The notes beneath the pieces are model-generated. The model made no database searches, was not told the origin of the DNA, and saw nothing but the letters and a program-made list of their open reading frames with translations. From contig CANFLM010000005.1 of assembly GCA_947447895.1 (NCBI GenBank), positions 4,677-68,676 on the forward strand: a stretch of 64,000 bases of DNA, read 5' to 3'. Every line of letters begins with the position of its first letter. Position 1 is the stretch's first letter. The DNA comes from Hyphomicrobiales bacterium (GTDB lineage Bacteria > Pseudomonadota > Alphaproteobacteria > Rhizobiales > Beijerinckiaceae). This document shows, piece after piece, positions 38,706 through 48,647 of the stretch. Both the position numbers and the translations under genes were made by a program.

Positions 38706-41700
38706 GCGTGCTCCTCGCCGGCGTCGTCGCCGGCCTCGTCATCACCGCCGACCGACCATTCCTTGACCCGTGACAGGTGGTCATAATCGCCGACACTCGT
38801 GATGTTTTTGGGATGCAGGCGCGCCGCAAATCCAAGGCCCTGATTGAACAGCGCGTTGATCAGCGTCAAGGTGCCGTGCCAATGATCGTTGATCAGGGTC
38901 TCGACCGCCTCGGCATCCAGTTTGTTGGTCATGGATTTGACCTCGCCACCCTCGCGGATATTGAGTTTGATATAATCGAGCCTGTTCGGCTTGCTGGCCT
39001 GAATGGCTGCAAAGCCGCCGCGCATCACCAGGGCCGCTGTCAGGGTCAGTTGCGGGGCCAGTCCGGCCTGCACCTGCTTGACCGAAGGCGGCGCGCCGGT
39101 CTTGTAATCGAGCACGCTGAAGCTGGTGTCGCGATGATGCTCGATCCGGTCGGCCCGCCCCCGGAATGACACCTCCCCGCCCCCGTCCAGCGGCACGGTC
39201 ATCGTCCCGTCGATCTCGGCATGGATTCGGGTGCCATCCCGGCGCTGTCCGGCATCCCATGCGAGAAACCAGTCGACCGTCTGGCAATAGCGCGGCCACC
39301 AGAAGGTTTCATATTCGGCAGCACTGGCCAGACTGCTGAAGGCCTTGCGCCCGAAATCCAGCAGAGTCTCGCGCGGATGGTCCGGCGGCGTGTCCGGATA
39401 GGCTTTGGTGTAATTGCCCAAAGCATCGTGGATGGCGGTGCCGCGATCGGCCGCATTGATCGGCCTGTCGAGCGGTTCGAGCGGATCAAGCCGCAAAATC
39501 TCGCGTGCATACAGGGCATAGGGATCGCGTCGCAGCGTCTCGATATCGGTGATGCGGAAGCCTTTCGGCATCAGATCGCGCGGGGGAACGGGCGCCGGCC
39601 GTTCGATCGGGGCGGGCGTCTCGAGCGGCTGGTTGAGTGCCCTGGCCCAATCCAGATAGACATGACCGCGCGCGCGCAGATCCTTGACGGCCTTTTCGCC
39701 CGACACCGCAATCAGACGCTGCAGAAAGCGCGAGCGCACCATCGGATCACCGCCGCGCTTGGAGGCGCGGGTGATCACCACTTCGGGCGCGCCGAACCCC
39801 TGACAGAAATCATGCGCGGTCTGGCCGATACGGCGTTCGGGGCTCGGCAATTCTAGGGCCTGGGCAATCGGACGGCTGAGAAACGGATCGGTCTGTGTGG
39901 CAGGCGGCCAGACTGTCTCGTCACAGCCAGCCAGCACCACGCGATCGGCCTGCATCAAACGGGCTTCCAGCAAACCCCAGATGCGGATGCGCGCATGGGT
40001 CGGGCCATGCCGGACCACCACCCGCCCCGCCATCAGGGCTTCGAGATAGCCCGGCAAATCCTCCAGCGAGCCCATCAGGGCATCCACACCGCTGCTGCGG
40101 ATGTCATCGGCCAGCGACAGCCATTCCCGACTGCCTTCCGACCGCTCGAACGCGCTGCCGTCCCCGCCTACCAAACCGGCGAGCAGAGGCTCCAGGGCCA
40201 GTACCATCTGGTTCAAGGAGGATTGACCCGACCGATAAGCCGTCCAGAACGGGGCAAACAGCTGGCTGATCTGCTCCAGCATGGCCACCGCCTGCATGCG
40301 GTTCTCGGCTGTCATCCGCTTTTCGGCCTGTTTGGGATAGCGACCCGGACCGGCCTTCAGGCGGGCGATATAGCCTGCCAGATCATGGGCGGGGGACAGG
40401 CCGCGCAAGGCGCACAGCTCAAGCGTCGCGCAGACCGGAGCCAGTTCGTCGGCGGAACGGCCGAACACAACCAGCGGATGGTCAAGCAAGCCCAGCAGGG
40501 ACGCCGCCGAACATTGGTCCGCCAAAGCCTGCGCCAGCAGCCGGACCAGTCGCCCACTCAACGACCGGTCGAGTGTCAACCCGGCCGAATCCTCGACCTT
40601 GATCGACCAGCGCGCCAGTTCCTGCGAGACGCGTTCGGCCAGACCGCGATCGGGCGTGATCAGACCCGCCGTCTTGTTCGGCGTTTCGAGCACCTCACGC
40701 AGTGACAACGCAATGGCCAAAGCCTCCTCGCGCTCGTCATCGGCCTCGATCAATGCGACCGATTGCAAGGCCCCCTCAATGTCCGCATCGGGCAGATAGA
40801 GGGCGCGGTTGCGCCATTCCTGCGTGGTGCCGACCGGGCGCATGGCCTCCGAGATCAGGATCTGGCGCGCCTGCAGCGGCGCAGTGACAGTCCCCAGGGA
40901 CACCACATCCTCTTTCTTGATGCCGATCACCGCCAGCAGCTGTGCCAGTAGATTTTGCGGATGGCCCGCCTCGCCATGCTGGCCGGCGACCATCGACCAG
41001 GAGGCCTCGTCAAGCCGCGTATCAAGACCGGGCAACACCGCCACCCCGTTGGGCAAGCCGGCAATGGCGGCAATCAGGGCTGCCGTGGCAGGCATGGAGC
41101 CGGTCGAGCCTGCCACGATAAACGGGGCATCGGGGCGTTGCTGCCTGAGCCGTTCGGCCTCCGCCAAAACCAGTTTATGGCGGCGGAAAGCCGCATCGAC
41201 CACGTTGAATTCTTCGCAGATTTTCGGCCATTGCTCGACGGCAATCGCTACGAAATGCCGCGAGATCAGCCAATGCTGGTCCAGCTCCTGCGGGATTTCC
41301 TTGTGTAGGTCCTCCCAGCTTTTGCTGTGGATGGAGAGGGTATCGATCAACTGCCCGAGCGCATCGGCCAGGGCCAGCGCATCATGCGGCGTGGTGGCGG
41401 GAATAAATTGATGGTTCTCGCTGCGCAAGGCTGCCAATTGCTGCGTCGAGAACGGTAGCGATCCCTTGCCCTCCACCAAAGCGGCACGGATCTGCATGGT
41501 CCATTTCATGATCAGCTGGGCCAGCATCAGGCGCCGGAACAACGGATCGGCCTCGGCCAGAAAATCCGGCATGTCCTTGTGCTGGTGCCGATCTTGTTGC
41601 TGGTAATAGCCGGAAAACAGCAGATTGTCCTCGGCCCGGTCGGCATCCCCCAACGGAATGATGGTGGGCAACAATGTCGCTTTCGGATTGGCGCGCTCGG

Positions 41701-41869
41701 CAAACAAAGCCGACAGGGTCTTGGCTGCACGGCGGGTCGGCAGAAAAATCGTGGTCTCGTGCATCAGCAGCGGATTGTCGAGCGGATTGAACCCGTGGAT
41801 CAGACTGCCGTCGAAATAGGCGTCGGCCAGCGTCTGCAGAAACGGGGATCCCGCCGCAATTGTCGCCAC
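38702..41869 (-). CDS. addB: Double-strand break repair protein AddB (alphaproteobacterial type)
   Basis: 1055 aa. Position immediately upstream of addA. C-terminal nuclease-like domain. Confidence 0.85.
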   Translation of the reverse strand: MATIAAGSPFLQTLADAYFDGSLIHGFNPLDNPLLMHETTIFLPTRRAAKTLSALFAERANPKATLLPTIIPLGDADRAEDNLLFSGYYQQQDRHQHKDMPDFLAEADPLFRRLMLAQLIMKWTMQIRAALVEGKGSLPFSTQQLAALRSENHQFIPATTPHDALALADALGQLIDTLSIHSKSWEDLHKEIPQELDQHWLISRHFVAIAVEQWPKICEEFNVVDAAFRRHKLVLAEAERLRQQRPDAPFIVAGSTGSMPATAALIAAIAGLPNGVAVLPGLDTRLDEASWSMVAGQHGEAGHPQNLLAQLLAVIGIKKEDVVSLGTVTAPLQARQILISEAMRPVGTTQEWRNRALYLPDADIEGALQSVALIEADDEREEALAIALSLREVLETPNKTAGLITPDRGLAERVSQELARWSIKVEDSAGLTLDRSLSGRLVRLLAQALADQCSAASLLGLLDHPLVVFGRSADELAPVCATLELCALRGLSPAHDLAGYIARLKAGPGRYPKQAEKRMTAENRMQAVAMLEQISQLFAPFWTAYRSGQSSLNQMVLALEPLLAGLVGGDGSAFERSEGSREWLSLADDIRSSGVDALMGSLEDLPGYLEALMAGRVVVRHGPTHARIRIWGLLEARLMQADRVVLAGCDETVWPPATQTDPFLSRPIAQALELPSPERRIGQTAHDFCQGFGAPEVVITRASKRGGDPMVRSRFLQRLIAVSGEKAVKDLRARGHVYLDWARALNQPLETPAPIERPAPVPPRDLMPKGFRITDIETLRRDPYALYAREILRLDPLEPLDRPINAADRGTAIHDALGNYTKAYPDTPPDHPRETLLDFGRKAFSSLASAAEYETFWWPRYCQTVDWFLAWDAGQRRDGTRIHAEIDGTMTVPLDGGGEVSFRGRADRIEHHRDTSFSVLDYKTGAPPSVKQVQAGLAPQLTLTAALVMRGGFAAIQASKPNRLDYIKLNIREGGEVKSMTNKLDAEAVETLINDHWHGTLTLINALFNQGLGFAARLHPKNITSVGDYDHLSRVKEWSVGGDDEAGDDAGEEHA

Positions 41870-41899
41870 TCTGGGTCGGGAATAGGACAGGCAGACCTC

Positions 41900-42616
41900 C
41901 TAATAAATGCTCTGTTCCAGCCTGGCTTCGGCCAGTCCGATCGCCTCGGGTGTGCCGACATGCAGCCAGGCTCCGTCAAGCCGCAAGCCAAACAGACGGC
42001 CTTGGGCCTGGACCTGCCGGAACAGGCGGGTCAGCGAAAATGCCCCCTCCGGCATGTCTGCAAACAGTTCGGGCTTGATGATGGCCACCCCTGCATAGAT
42101 GAAGGGCGCAACCTGCCGCTCGACCCGCCAGCTCAAGCGTCCGTCCTGCGTCATGGTAAAATCACCCAACCCCTCGTAACCGGTGGCCTGCGCGCCATTG
42201 GCCAGCAGCAGCACGATGTCCATCTGTTGCGCGTCCCAGAATTCGCTCAACCGCAGCAGATTGGATTTCGGCCCGTCGATCCAGAAACTGTCGGCATTGA
42301 GTACGAAAAACGGCTCCGATCCCAGATGCGGCAAGACTTTTTTGATGCCTCCGCCCGAATCAAGCAATTGCTCGCGCTCGTCCGAGACAATAATCTGCGG
42401 GGCATGACAATCTCTGACATGGGCTTCGATCTGCTCGCCCAGATGGTGGATATTGACAACGGCCGTTTCAACCCCCGCTCTGGCCAGCGGTTCCAGCAGA
42501 TAGTCGATCAGCGCGCGGCCTGCGACCCTGACCAGCGGCTTGGGCGTTGTCAGCGTCAAAGGCCGCATGCGCGTGCCCAGCCCTGCGGCAAGCACCATGG
42601 CTTTGCGCGGCACCAT
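41900..42616 (-). CDS. murU: Nucleotidyltransferase, MurU-like (N-acetylmuramate alpha-1-phosphate uridylyltransferase)
   Basis: 238 aa from the ATG at 42616. LAAGLGTRMRPLT motif. ATGA overlap with the upstream fusion gene. Confidence 0.75.
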   Translation of the reverse strand: MVPRKAMVLAAGLGTRMRPLTLTTPKPLVRVAGRALIDYLLEPLARAGVETAVVNIHHLGEQIEAHVRDCHAPQIIVSDEREQLLDSGGGIKKVLPHLGSEPFFVLNADSFWIDGPKSNLLRLSEFWDAQQMDIVLLLANGAQATGYEGLGDFTMTQDGRLSWRVERQVAPFIYAGVAIIKPELFADMPEGAFSLTRLFRQVQAQGRLFGLRLDGAWLHVGTPEAIGLAEARLEQSIY

Positions 42617-44172
42617 CACGCACCCCCGACCAGCTGCGGCAGGGTCTCCTGATACCATTGCGCCAGATCACGCAAGGACGGGTGCCGCAGATTGCGGCGC
42701 AAATAGACCTCCAGATGCGGCAAATGCCGCAAATAGCCGGGCTTGCCGTCGCGCCGGTCCAGCCGGATAAAAATCCCGAGGATCTTGGTCACACGCTGCG
42801 CGCCCAAAGCCGCATAGGCTGTCATGAACTCGGCGATATCGAAGGCCTCGTCCTGCGCCTTGCGGGCGGTCAGATAGCGGCGCAACAGGGCCAGTTCGAG
42901 CTCTTCGGAAACCAGCAAACGGGCATCCTGCAGCAGCGAGACCTGATCATAGGCAGGATGGCCCAGCACGGCGTCCTGAAAGTCGATCACTCCGATCCGT
43001 TTGATGCCCTCGCGCCCGGGCAGCCAGAGGAGATTGGGCGAATGATAATCGCGCAAGGTCCATGTCTGGCCTTGCTGGCTCAGGGGCATCAGGACATCGC
43101 GCCACAACGCCACAAACCTGTTGCGGCTCGCGCCGCCCAAAGTCACCTTGCAATGGTGGGGCAGATACCAGTCGAGCAGCAATTCAACCTCGATACACAA
43201 GGCATCCAGATCATAGACCGGCAGAACATGGTCTTCGGCCTTTTGCGCGTTCCCGACCGCCACCGGCAGCCGCACGGGCAAAGCCTGATGGTGCAGATGC
43301 GCCAACAGATCGGTGGCCACTTCGTAACGCTCGGCTATCGGGCCGTTGGCATCGGCAATCCCGTCACCGCCCAGGTCCTCGACAATCAGCAGGCCCGGCT
43401 CGAGATCGGCGGCCAGAATATCGGGCGCGCTCACGCCTTGCGCCCGCAATCCATGCGCCACCGCCACGAATGCGTGCACGCTTTCGGACAATTTCGCCAA
43501 AGCGGAATAGGGTTTGCCCCAACGGATCGGCGGACCATCGGGACGGCGCGGCGCAATCATCAGAATGGCCCGCTGGTCGGGCTTTTCCAGCCGCTCATAG
43601 GCCCGCGTCGACGCATCGCCCTGGATCGGCAACCGGACGGCCTCGCCCCAGCCATGCAGGCGCAGGAAATGCTGGACGGCAACATGCCGCCCCAGCCTTT
43701 CGGCCCAGCGGCCATAGCCGCGCATCGCCACCTGCCGCGCATCGGGATGGCGGGCCGACAGCGAGAAGGTCAGATCAAGGCGGTCGGCCGGCATCAAATC
43801 ACCGAGCCTGTCAGGCCATTCGATCAGCAGTAGCGAATCCGGTCCCGCCTCCTCCCAGCCCAGTTCCTCCAGCTCGCTCTGGTCCCTGATCCGGTACAGA
43901 TCGGCATGGACAACCGGCATGCGTGGCGTGTCATACATCTGGATCAGCGTGAAGGTCGGGCTTGGCACTTCCAGCTCGGGATCTTCGGCCAGCACCCTCA
44001 GCAAAGCGCGGGCAAAGGCGGTCTTGCCCGCACCCAGATCACCACCCAGCGTGATGAAATCACCGGGGATCAGCAAACGGGCGAGATCGCGCGCCAGCGT
44101 TTCCGTTGCGCTGAGGCCGTTGAGTTCCAGCAACACCGTATTGGGAAGCGGGGACGGGGATGATGGGGTCAT
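42616..44172 (-). CDS. tsaE: Fusion protein: tRNA t6A ATPase TsaE (N-terminal) + AmgK-like aminoglycoside-phosphotransferase-fold sugar kinase (C-terminal)
   Basis: 518 aa uninterrupted ORF. N-terminal GGDLGAGKT...PSPTFTLIQ matches TsaE. C-terminal LRDYHSPNLLW...VIDFQDA shows the APH/AmgK catalytic motifs. Confidence 0.8.
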   Translation of the reverse strand: MTPSSPSPLPNTVLLELNGLSATETLARDLARLLIPGDFITLGGDLGAGKTAFARALLRVLAEDPELEVPSPTFTLIQMYDTPRMPVVHADLYRIRDQSELEELGWEEAGPDSLLLIEWPDRLGDLMPADRLDLTFSLSARHPDARQVAMRGYGRWAERLGRHVAVQHFLRLHGWGEAVRLPIQGDASTRAYERLEKPDQRAILMIAPRRPDGPPIRWGKPYSALAKLSESVHAFVAVAHGLRAQGVSAPDILAADLEPGLLIVEDLGGDGIADANGPIAERYEVATDLLAHLHHQALPVRLPVAVGNAQKAEDHVLPVYDLDALCIEVELLLDWYLPHHCKVTLGGASRNRFVALWRDVLMPLSQQGQTWTLRDYHSPNLLWLPGREGIKRIGVIDFQDAVLGHPAYDQVSLLQDARLLVSEELELALLRRYLTARKAQDEAFDIAEFMTAYAALGAQRVTKILGIFIRLDRRDGKPGYLRHLPHLEVYLRRNLRHPSLRDLAQWYQETLPQLVGGA

Positions 44173-46592
44173 GACTGGCTCGCTCTCTCGCCTGCAGCCT
44201 GCACCGCCACGACGGCATCGGCTGGTCCGGCGACCGGAAAGGTGCAGGTCACTTGCGTACCGTGATCGGGTCTGGAGTCCAGAGTGACGTGGCCGCCATG
44301 CAGTTCGACAAAGGAACGCACCAGCGACAGGCCCAATCCGACCCCGCGATGGCGCGATCCGGTGGTGCGGCTTTCAAACCGGTCGAACACGCGGTCCATC
44401 ATGCCGGGCTCGATCCCGCGGCCCTGATCGACAATCTGCAATTCCACATCACTGCCCTTGCGCAAGGCCCGCACCGTGACCGTCTGGCCGGGCTGCGAGA
44501 AACCGATGGCATTGGACAGGAGGTTGAACACGATCTGGCGCAACCGGTGGGCATCGCCGCGGAATGTGCCGAGCGCGGGATCGGCCTCAATCGACAGGAC
44601 CAGCTTCTGTTCGACGATCCGGTCCTGCAGCCCTTCAGCCGCCCGCCGGATGACTTCCGGCAAATCGACCTCGCCCAGTTCGAGCGACAGATCGCCGGTA
44701 TCGATCGATGCCAGATCGAGAATGTCGTCGATAATGGCCAGCACCGCATTGGACGAATGCATAATCAGCGAGGCATATTCGTGCTGCTTGGCATTCAGCG
44801 TGCCGATATGTCCTTCGGCCAGCATTTGCGTGAAGCCGATCACATTGGTCAACGGCGAGCGCAATTGGTAGGAGACCTGGTGCACGAAATTGTCACGCAA
44901 CTGGCCGGCCTGTTCCAGAGCGTCATTGCGCTCTTTCAAAGCCCGTTCGACGCTCACCGTTGCAGTGATATCGGTAAAGGTGAAGAGGGTTGATCCATCG
45001 GGCAAAGGTGCCGCCGTGCAGGTCAGCACCATGCCGTCGGGCCGGTCCATCGACAGGGTCAATCCCTTGCGGTTTTCATCGAAGCCGGTGACCAGCCCGC
45101 GGACTTGTGTCCAGGCTGCCTCTTCGGGATAGAGCGATGCCACCAATCCGATCACCCGATCGATATGCGGCTCTCCGGCCAGCTGGTCGGGCGGGACCTG
45201 CCACATGTCACAAAAGGCCGGGTTAAACAGTTTCAACCGCCCATTGGTCCCGAACACCGCTACGGCCTCGGTCAACGTATCGACGGTTTCGGTCTGCACC
45301 CGCATCATGGATTTGAAACCGCTCTCGAGATTGAGCTTCTCGGTCAGATCATCAAACAGATAGGTCACACCCCCCTTGGGGTTGGGGTTGATGACCACGC
45401 GCAGGCTGCGGCCATCGGGCAGATGCCAGATTTTCTCGGAGGTTTCGAGCGCCCGATAGGCCGACAGCCATTGGGTTTTCCAAGCCCGATAATCGGCCTG
45501 TTCGGGCAATTGCCGCTCGGAAAACAGCCGGTCCAGAATTTCGCCATCGGTCGGCCTGGTCTGGATCAGGTTCTGGTCGAAATGCCACAGATTGATCCAC
45601 GCACTGTTGCAGAAGGCCAGCCGCGCCGACTGGTCGAACACCGCCACCGCCGTCGGCAATTGGTCGAGCGTGCGCAACTGGCTTTCGAGCTGCTGGCGCA
45701 AATCCGCACGCGCCGCTTCGAGGCCTGATATATCCTGCGCAAATCCGAGGGAGCCGAACCGCATCGGCCGTTCATTCACATCGAAAAACCGCTGCTCGCC
45801 CGCCGCAATCACCGTGGTGCGGGCCGACCAGGGCTCGTGGCGCTGGCGCGCATCGGCGGCATCCCCGCGCATTGCGCTTTCAAGAAACTCGATCCCATGG
45901 GCCATGACATCGCCACGGTCTTGCGCTTCGACCGCCTCCACATAAGCCCGATTGGCCCAAACCAGATTGCCAGCCTCATTGCGATGCCAGATCGGATGCG
46001 GCAATTGATCCAACGTCTCGTGCCACTGCCCCAGTTCCTTGCGCAGTTGAACAACCTCATCCTGCAAGCGGCGGATTTCCAGCGGCTCGCCGGTCACATC
46101 GCGCAACCGCACCACCGCCTGCCCCAGCATCGGCACACCCATGGCCTCGATGAAGCGGTTGTGATGGCCCGCCAGATGAAGCGTGAAACCCGTGCCGTTC
46201 TGCCGCAAGGTCGCAATCGCCTCCTGCAATTGATCGGCAGAGGCTTTTGGCAACCATTGATGGAATTCGGGGGCGCGCAACAACGGACCGCCCACCAGAG
46301 CCGCATCACCGAAAATCTCGATGCGCTGGTCGATATCGCGCCAGCACAGAATGATGGAGGCCTCGATCGACAGCAGCATGCGCGCCTGTTCGCGCTGTTC
46401 CTGCAATCGGGCCGTCTCCTGCCGGTGACGGGCCTGCATCTCCCTCAGGATCCCGGGCGCCTTCAAAGCGCGATACACGGCCAGCCCACCGACAGCCAGT
46501 CCGACCAATGCAACAGGGACAAATGACGGCCAACCTTCCGCAGGCCAGACCTTCATCAATCCGCTTTCAAGCATGGTCTTTAAATCTTTCAC
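44169..46592 (-). CDS. divL: DivL-type PAS-domain pseudo-histidine kinase (Tyr replaces the phosphoacceptor His)
   Basis: 807 aa. One N-terminal TM segment and several PAS-like repeats. The H-box reads FVHQVSYQLRSPLTNV, with the Tyr codon TAC at 44868-44870 (minus strand). The N box (LLSNAIGFS), G1 (DQGRGI) and G2 (GLGLSL) are retained. Confidence 0.8.
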   Translation of the reverse strand: MKDLKTMLESGLMKVWPAEGWPSFVPVALVGLAVGGLAVYRALKAPGILREMQARHRQETARLQEQREQARMLLSIEASIILCWRDIDQRIEIFGDAALVGGPLLRAPEFHQWLPKASADQLQEAIATLRQNGTGFTLHLAGHHNRFIEAMGVPMLGQAVVRLRDVTGEPLEIRRLQDEVVQLRKELGQWHETLDQLPHPIWHRNEAGNLVWANRAYVEAVEAQDRGDVMAHGIEFLESAMRGDAADARQRHEPWSARTTVIAAGEQRFFDVNERPMRFGSLGFAQDISGLEAARADLRQQLESQLRTLDQLPTAVAVFDQSARLAFCNSAWINLWHFDQNLIQTRPTDGEILDRLFSERQLPEQADYRAWKTQWLSAYRALETSEKIWHLPDGRSLRVVINPNPKGGVTYLFDDLTEKLNLESGFKSMMRVQTETVDTLTEAVAVFGTNGRLKLFNPAFCDMWQVPPDQLAGEPHIDRVIGLVASLYPEEAAWTQVRGLVTGFDENRKGLTLSMDRPDGMVLTCTAAPLPDGSTLFTFTDITATVSVERALKERNDALEQAGQLRDNFVHQVSYQLRSPLTNVIGFTQMLAEGHIGTLNAKQHEYASLIMHSSNAVLAIIDDILDLASIDTGDLSLELGEVDLPEVIRRAAEGLQDRIVEQKLVLSIEADPALGTFRGDAHRLRQIVFNLLSNAIGFSQPGQTVTVRALRKGSDVELQIVDQGRGIEPGMMDRVFDRFESRTTGSRHRGVGLGLSLVRSFVELHGGHVTLDSRPDHGTQVTCTFPVAGPADAVVAVQAAGERASQS

Positions 46593-46683
46593 ATCCAGAC
46601 CGATCTGTCATAGGATACAGGGCCGCGCGAAAACCGCGCCGACCCCGCGAATCAGCTGGTTTTACCGTAAATTCCGCACTGCA

Positions 46684-46712
46684 TAAAGAAAAGGCCCGGA
46701 TAAACCGGGCCT
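46684..46712 (-). terminator. Intrinsic terminator after ahcY
   Basis: Stem aaggcccgg / ccgggcctt, followed on the minus strand by ttctttat. Confidence 0.65.
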
Positions 46713-46735
46713 TCAATTTTATCATCGGTACCCGC

Positions 46736-48142
46736 TCAGTAGCGGTAGTGATCCGGCTTGAACGGACCCTGCTGCGGCAGGCCGAGATAGTCGGCCTGCT
46801 TGTCCGACAGGGTGGTCAGTTTCACCCCGATCTTGTCGAGATGCAGCATGGCGACCTTTTCATCGAGATGCTTGGGCAGCGTGTAGACTTTTTTGTCGTA
46901 TTGGCCCTGCTTGGTCCACAATTCGATCTGGGCCAGCGTCTGGTTGGTGAAGGATGCCGACATCACGAAAGAAGGATGACCCGTCGCATTGCCCAGATTG
47001 ACCAGGCGGCCTTCCGACAACACGATGATGCGCTTGCCGTCAGCGAATTCGACTTCGTCGACCTGCGGCTTCACATTGTGCCATTTGAAGTTCTTGAGAC
47101 CGGAAATCTGGATCTCGGAGTCGAAGTGGCCGATGTTGCAGACAATCGCCCGGTCCTTCATGGCGCGCATGTGATCGACCGTCAGCACGTCGACATTGCC
47201 TGTCGCGGTCACGAAAATATCGGCGCGGGTGGCCGCATCTTCCATGGTGGTGACTTCATAGCCTTCCATCGCCGCCTGCAAAGCGCAGATCGGATCGATT
47301 TCCGAGACCATCACGCGGCAGCCTGCATTGCGAAGCGATGCAGCCGAGCCCTTGCCGACATCGCCGAAACCGGCAATCATCGCCACCTTGCCGGCCATCA
47401 TCACATCGGTCCCGCGGCGGATGCCGTCGACCAGGGATTCACGGCAGCCATAGAGGTTGTCGAATTTCGACTTGGTGACCGAGTCATTCACATTGATGGC
47501 AGGGAACAACAGCGTGCCTTCATTGGCCATCAGGTAGAGACGGTGCACACCCGTGGTGGTTTCTTCCGTCACACCCTTGATATTGGCCCCGTTGCGGCCA
47601 TACCAGCCCGGATTGGCCTTCAACTGGCGCTTGATCGAGGCGAACAGAATTTCTTCTTCTTCATTGCCGGGGGTTTCGAGAAAGGCGACATCGCCCGACT
47701 CGGCCCGCATGCCCAGATGGATCAGCATGGTGGCATCGCCGCCATCATCGAGGATCATGTTGGGGGTGCCGCCATCGGCCCATTCGAAGATTTTATGGGT
47801 GTAATCCCAGTAGTCCTCGAGGCTTTCGCCCTTGATCGCAAACACTGGCGTGCCGGTGGCCGCAATGGCGGCAGCCGCCTGATCCTGCGTCGAATAGATA
47901 TTGCACGAGGCCCAGCGCACATCGGCGCCCAGAGCCTTGAGGGTCTCGATCAGCACCGCGGTCTGGATGGTCATGTGCAGCGAACCGGCAATGCGGGCGC
48001 CCTTCAGCGGCTGCGCGGCGCCATATTCGGCGCGCGTGGCCATCAGGCCCGGCATTTCGGTTTCGGCAATCGCAATTTCCTTGCGGCCCCAGTCAGCCAG
48101 ACCGATATCGGCCACCCGGTAATCGTTGAAATGATGTGTCAT
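46736..48142 (-). CDS. ahcY: Adenosylhomocysteinase
   Basis: 468 aa. [17 protein letters not shown]-terminus and NAD-binding GFGDVGKG. Confidence 0.95.
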   Translation of the reverse strand: MTHHFNDYRVADIGLADWGRKEIAIAETEMPGLMATRAEYGAAQPLKGARIAGSLHMTIQTAVLIETLKALGADVRWASCNIYSTQDQAAAAIAATGTPVFAIKGESLEDYWDYTHKIFEWADGGTPNMILDDGGDATMLIHLGMRAESGDVAFLETPGNEEEEILFASIKRQLKANPGWYGRNGANIKGVTEETTTGVHRLYLMANEGTLLFPAINVNDSVTKSKFDNLYGCRESLVDGIRRGTDVMMAGKVAMIAGFGDVGKGSAASLRNAGCRVMVSEIDPICALQAAMEGYEVTTMEDAATRADIFVTATGNVDVLTVDHMRAMKDRAIVCNIGHFDSEIQISGLKNFKWHNVKPQVDEVEFADGKRIIVLSEGRLVNLGNATGHPSFVMSASFTNQTLAQIELWTKQGQYDKKVYTLPKHLDEKVAMLHLDKIGVKLTTLSDKQADYLGLPQQGPFKPDHYRY

Positions 48143-48305
48143 GTGGAAAAACCCCTGCGCCGTGCGCCGATCTGCTTATTGCCGGAAAATCATCAAGGCC
48201 GCACACCGTCACAAGACAGCGCATCAACCCGTGCGCTGCTCTATAGCAGGCCTCGGGAAAGAGGGCAATAAAGATATAAAGAAATCTTTATGTGATTTGG
48301 AAAGC

Positions 48306-48647
48306 CTATTCGCTTTCACCGAACCGCTCGGCGACCAGCGCCTCGATCGCGTCGAGAGCCGCAAGCGCATCCCCGCCTTTGGCGGTCACGGTGATGGTCG
48401 AACCCTGTCCGGCACCAAGTGTCAGGATCCCCATGATCGAATTACCGCCAACCGTTTCGCCGCAGCGCGTGACAGTCATCTCGGCTGAAAAGCGCTCGGT
48501 GCACTGGACAAATTTTGCAGTGGCACGGGCGTGCAGGCCCTTTTTATTGACAATGGTCAATTCGCGCCACAAAGCCCCAGCGGGAATGGGCGCAGGCGGG
48601 CAGGTCTCGGTCGGCTCGAATAATTCGTGCTGGATCGTATCATTCAT
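48306..48647 (-). CDS. ptsH: HPr-family phosphocarrier protein (NPr-like)
   Basis: 113 aa. Active-site His in NKKGLHARA and regulatory Ser in GGNSIMG. 4-nt overlap with the EIIA gene. Confidence 0.85.
   Translation of the reverse strand: MNDTIQHELFEPTETCPPAPIPAGALWRELTIVNKKGLHARATAKFVQCTERFSAEMTVTRCGETVGGNSIMGILTLGAGQGSTITVTAKGGDALAALDAIEALVAERFGESE

Noticed and set aside
37131-38786. 551-aa plus-strand ORF antisense to addA. Similar cases are 36606..36956 and 35034..36377.
   Set aside because: Same reasoning: an antisense shadow ORF of a high-GC gene, with low-complexity Arg/Gly/Gln-rich sequence and no family resemblance.
46508-48271. 587-aa plus-strand ORF antisense to ahcY
   Set aside because: A shadow ORF opposite one of the most conserved enzymes known, with non-protein-like composition.
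48143-48305. Possible SAH riboswitch in the 163-nt ahcY leader
   Set aside because: The leader (minus strand) has two hairpins (ctgct-atag-agcag and cagcgca-N8-tgcgctg). I could not find the conserved SAH-riboswitch core as I remember it (GAGGAGCGCUGC...GGCUCGG...GCGCU pseudoknot pairing). That class is also mainly beta/gamma-proteobacterial. An Infernal scan with RF01057 would settle it.
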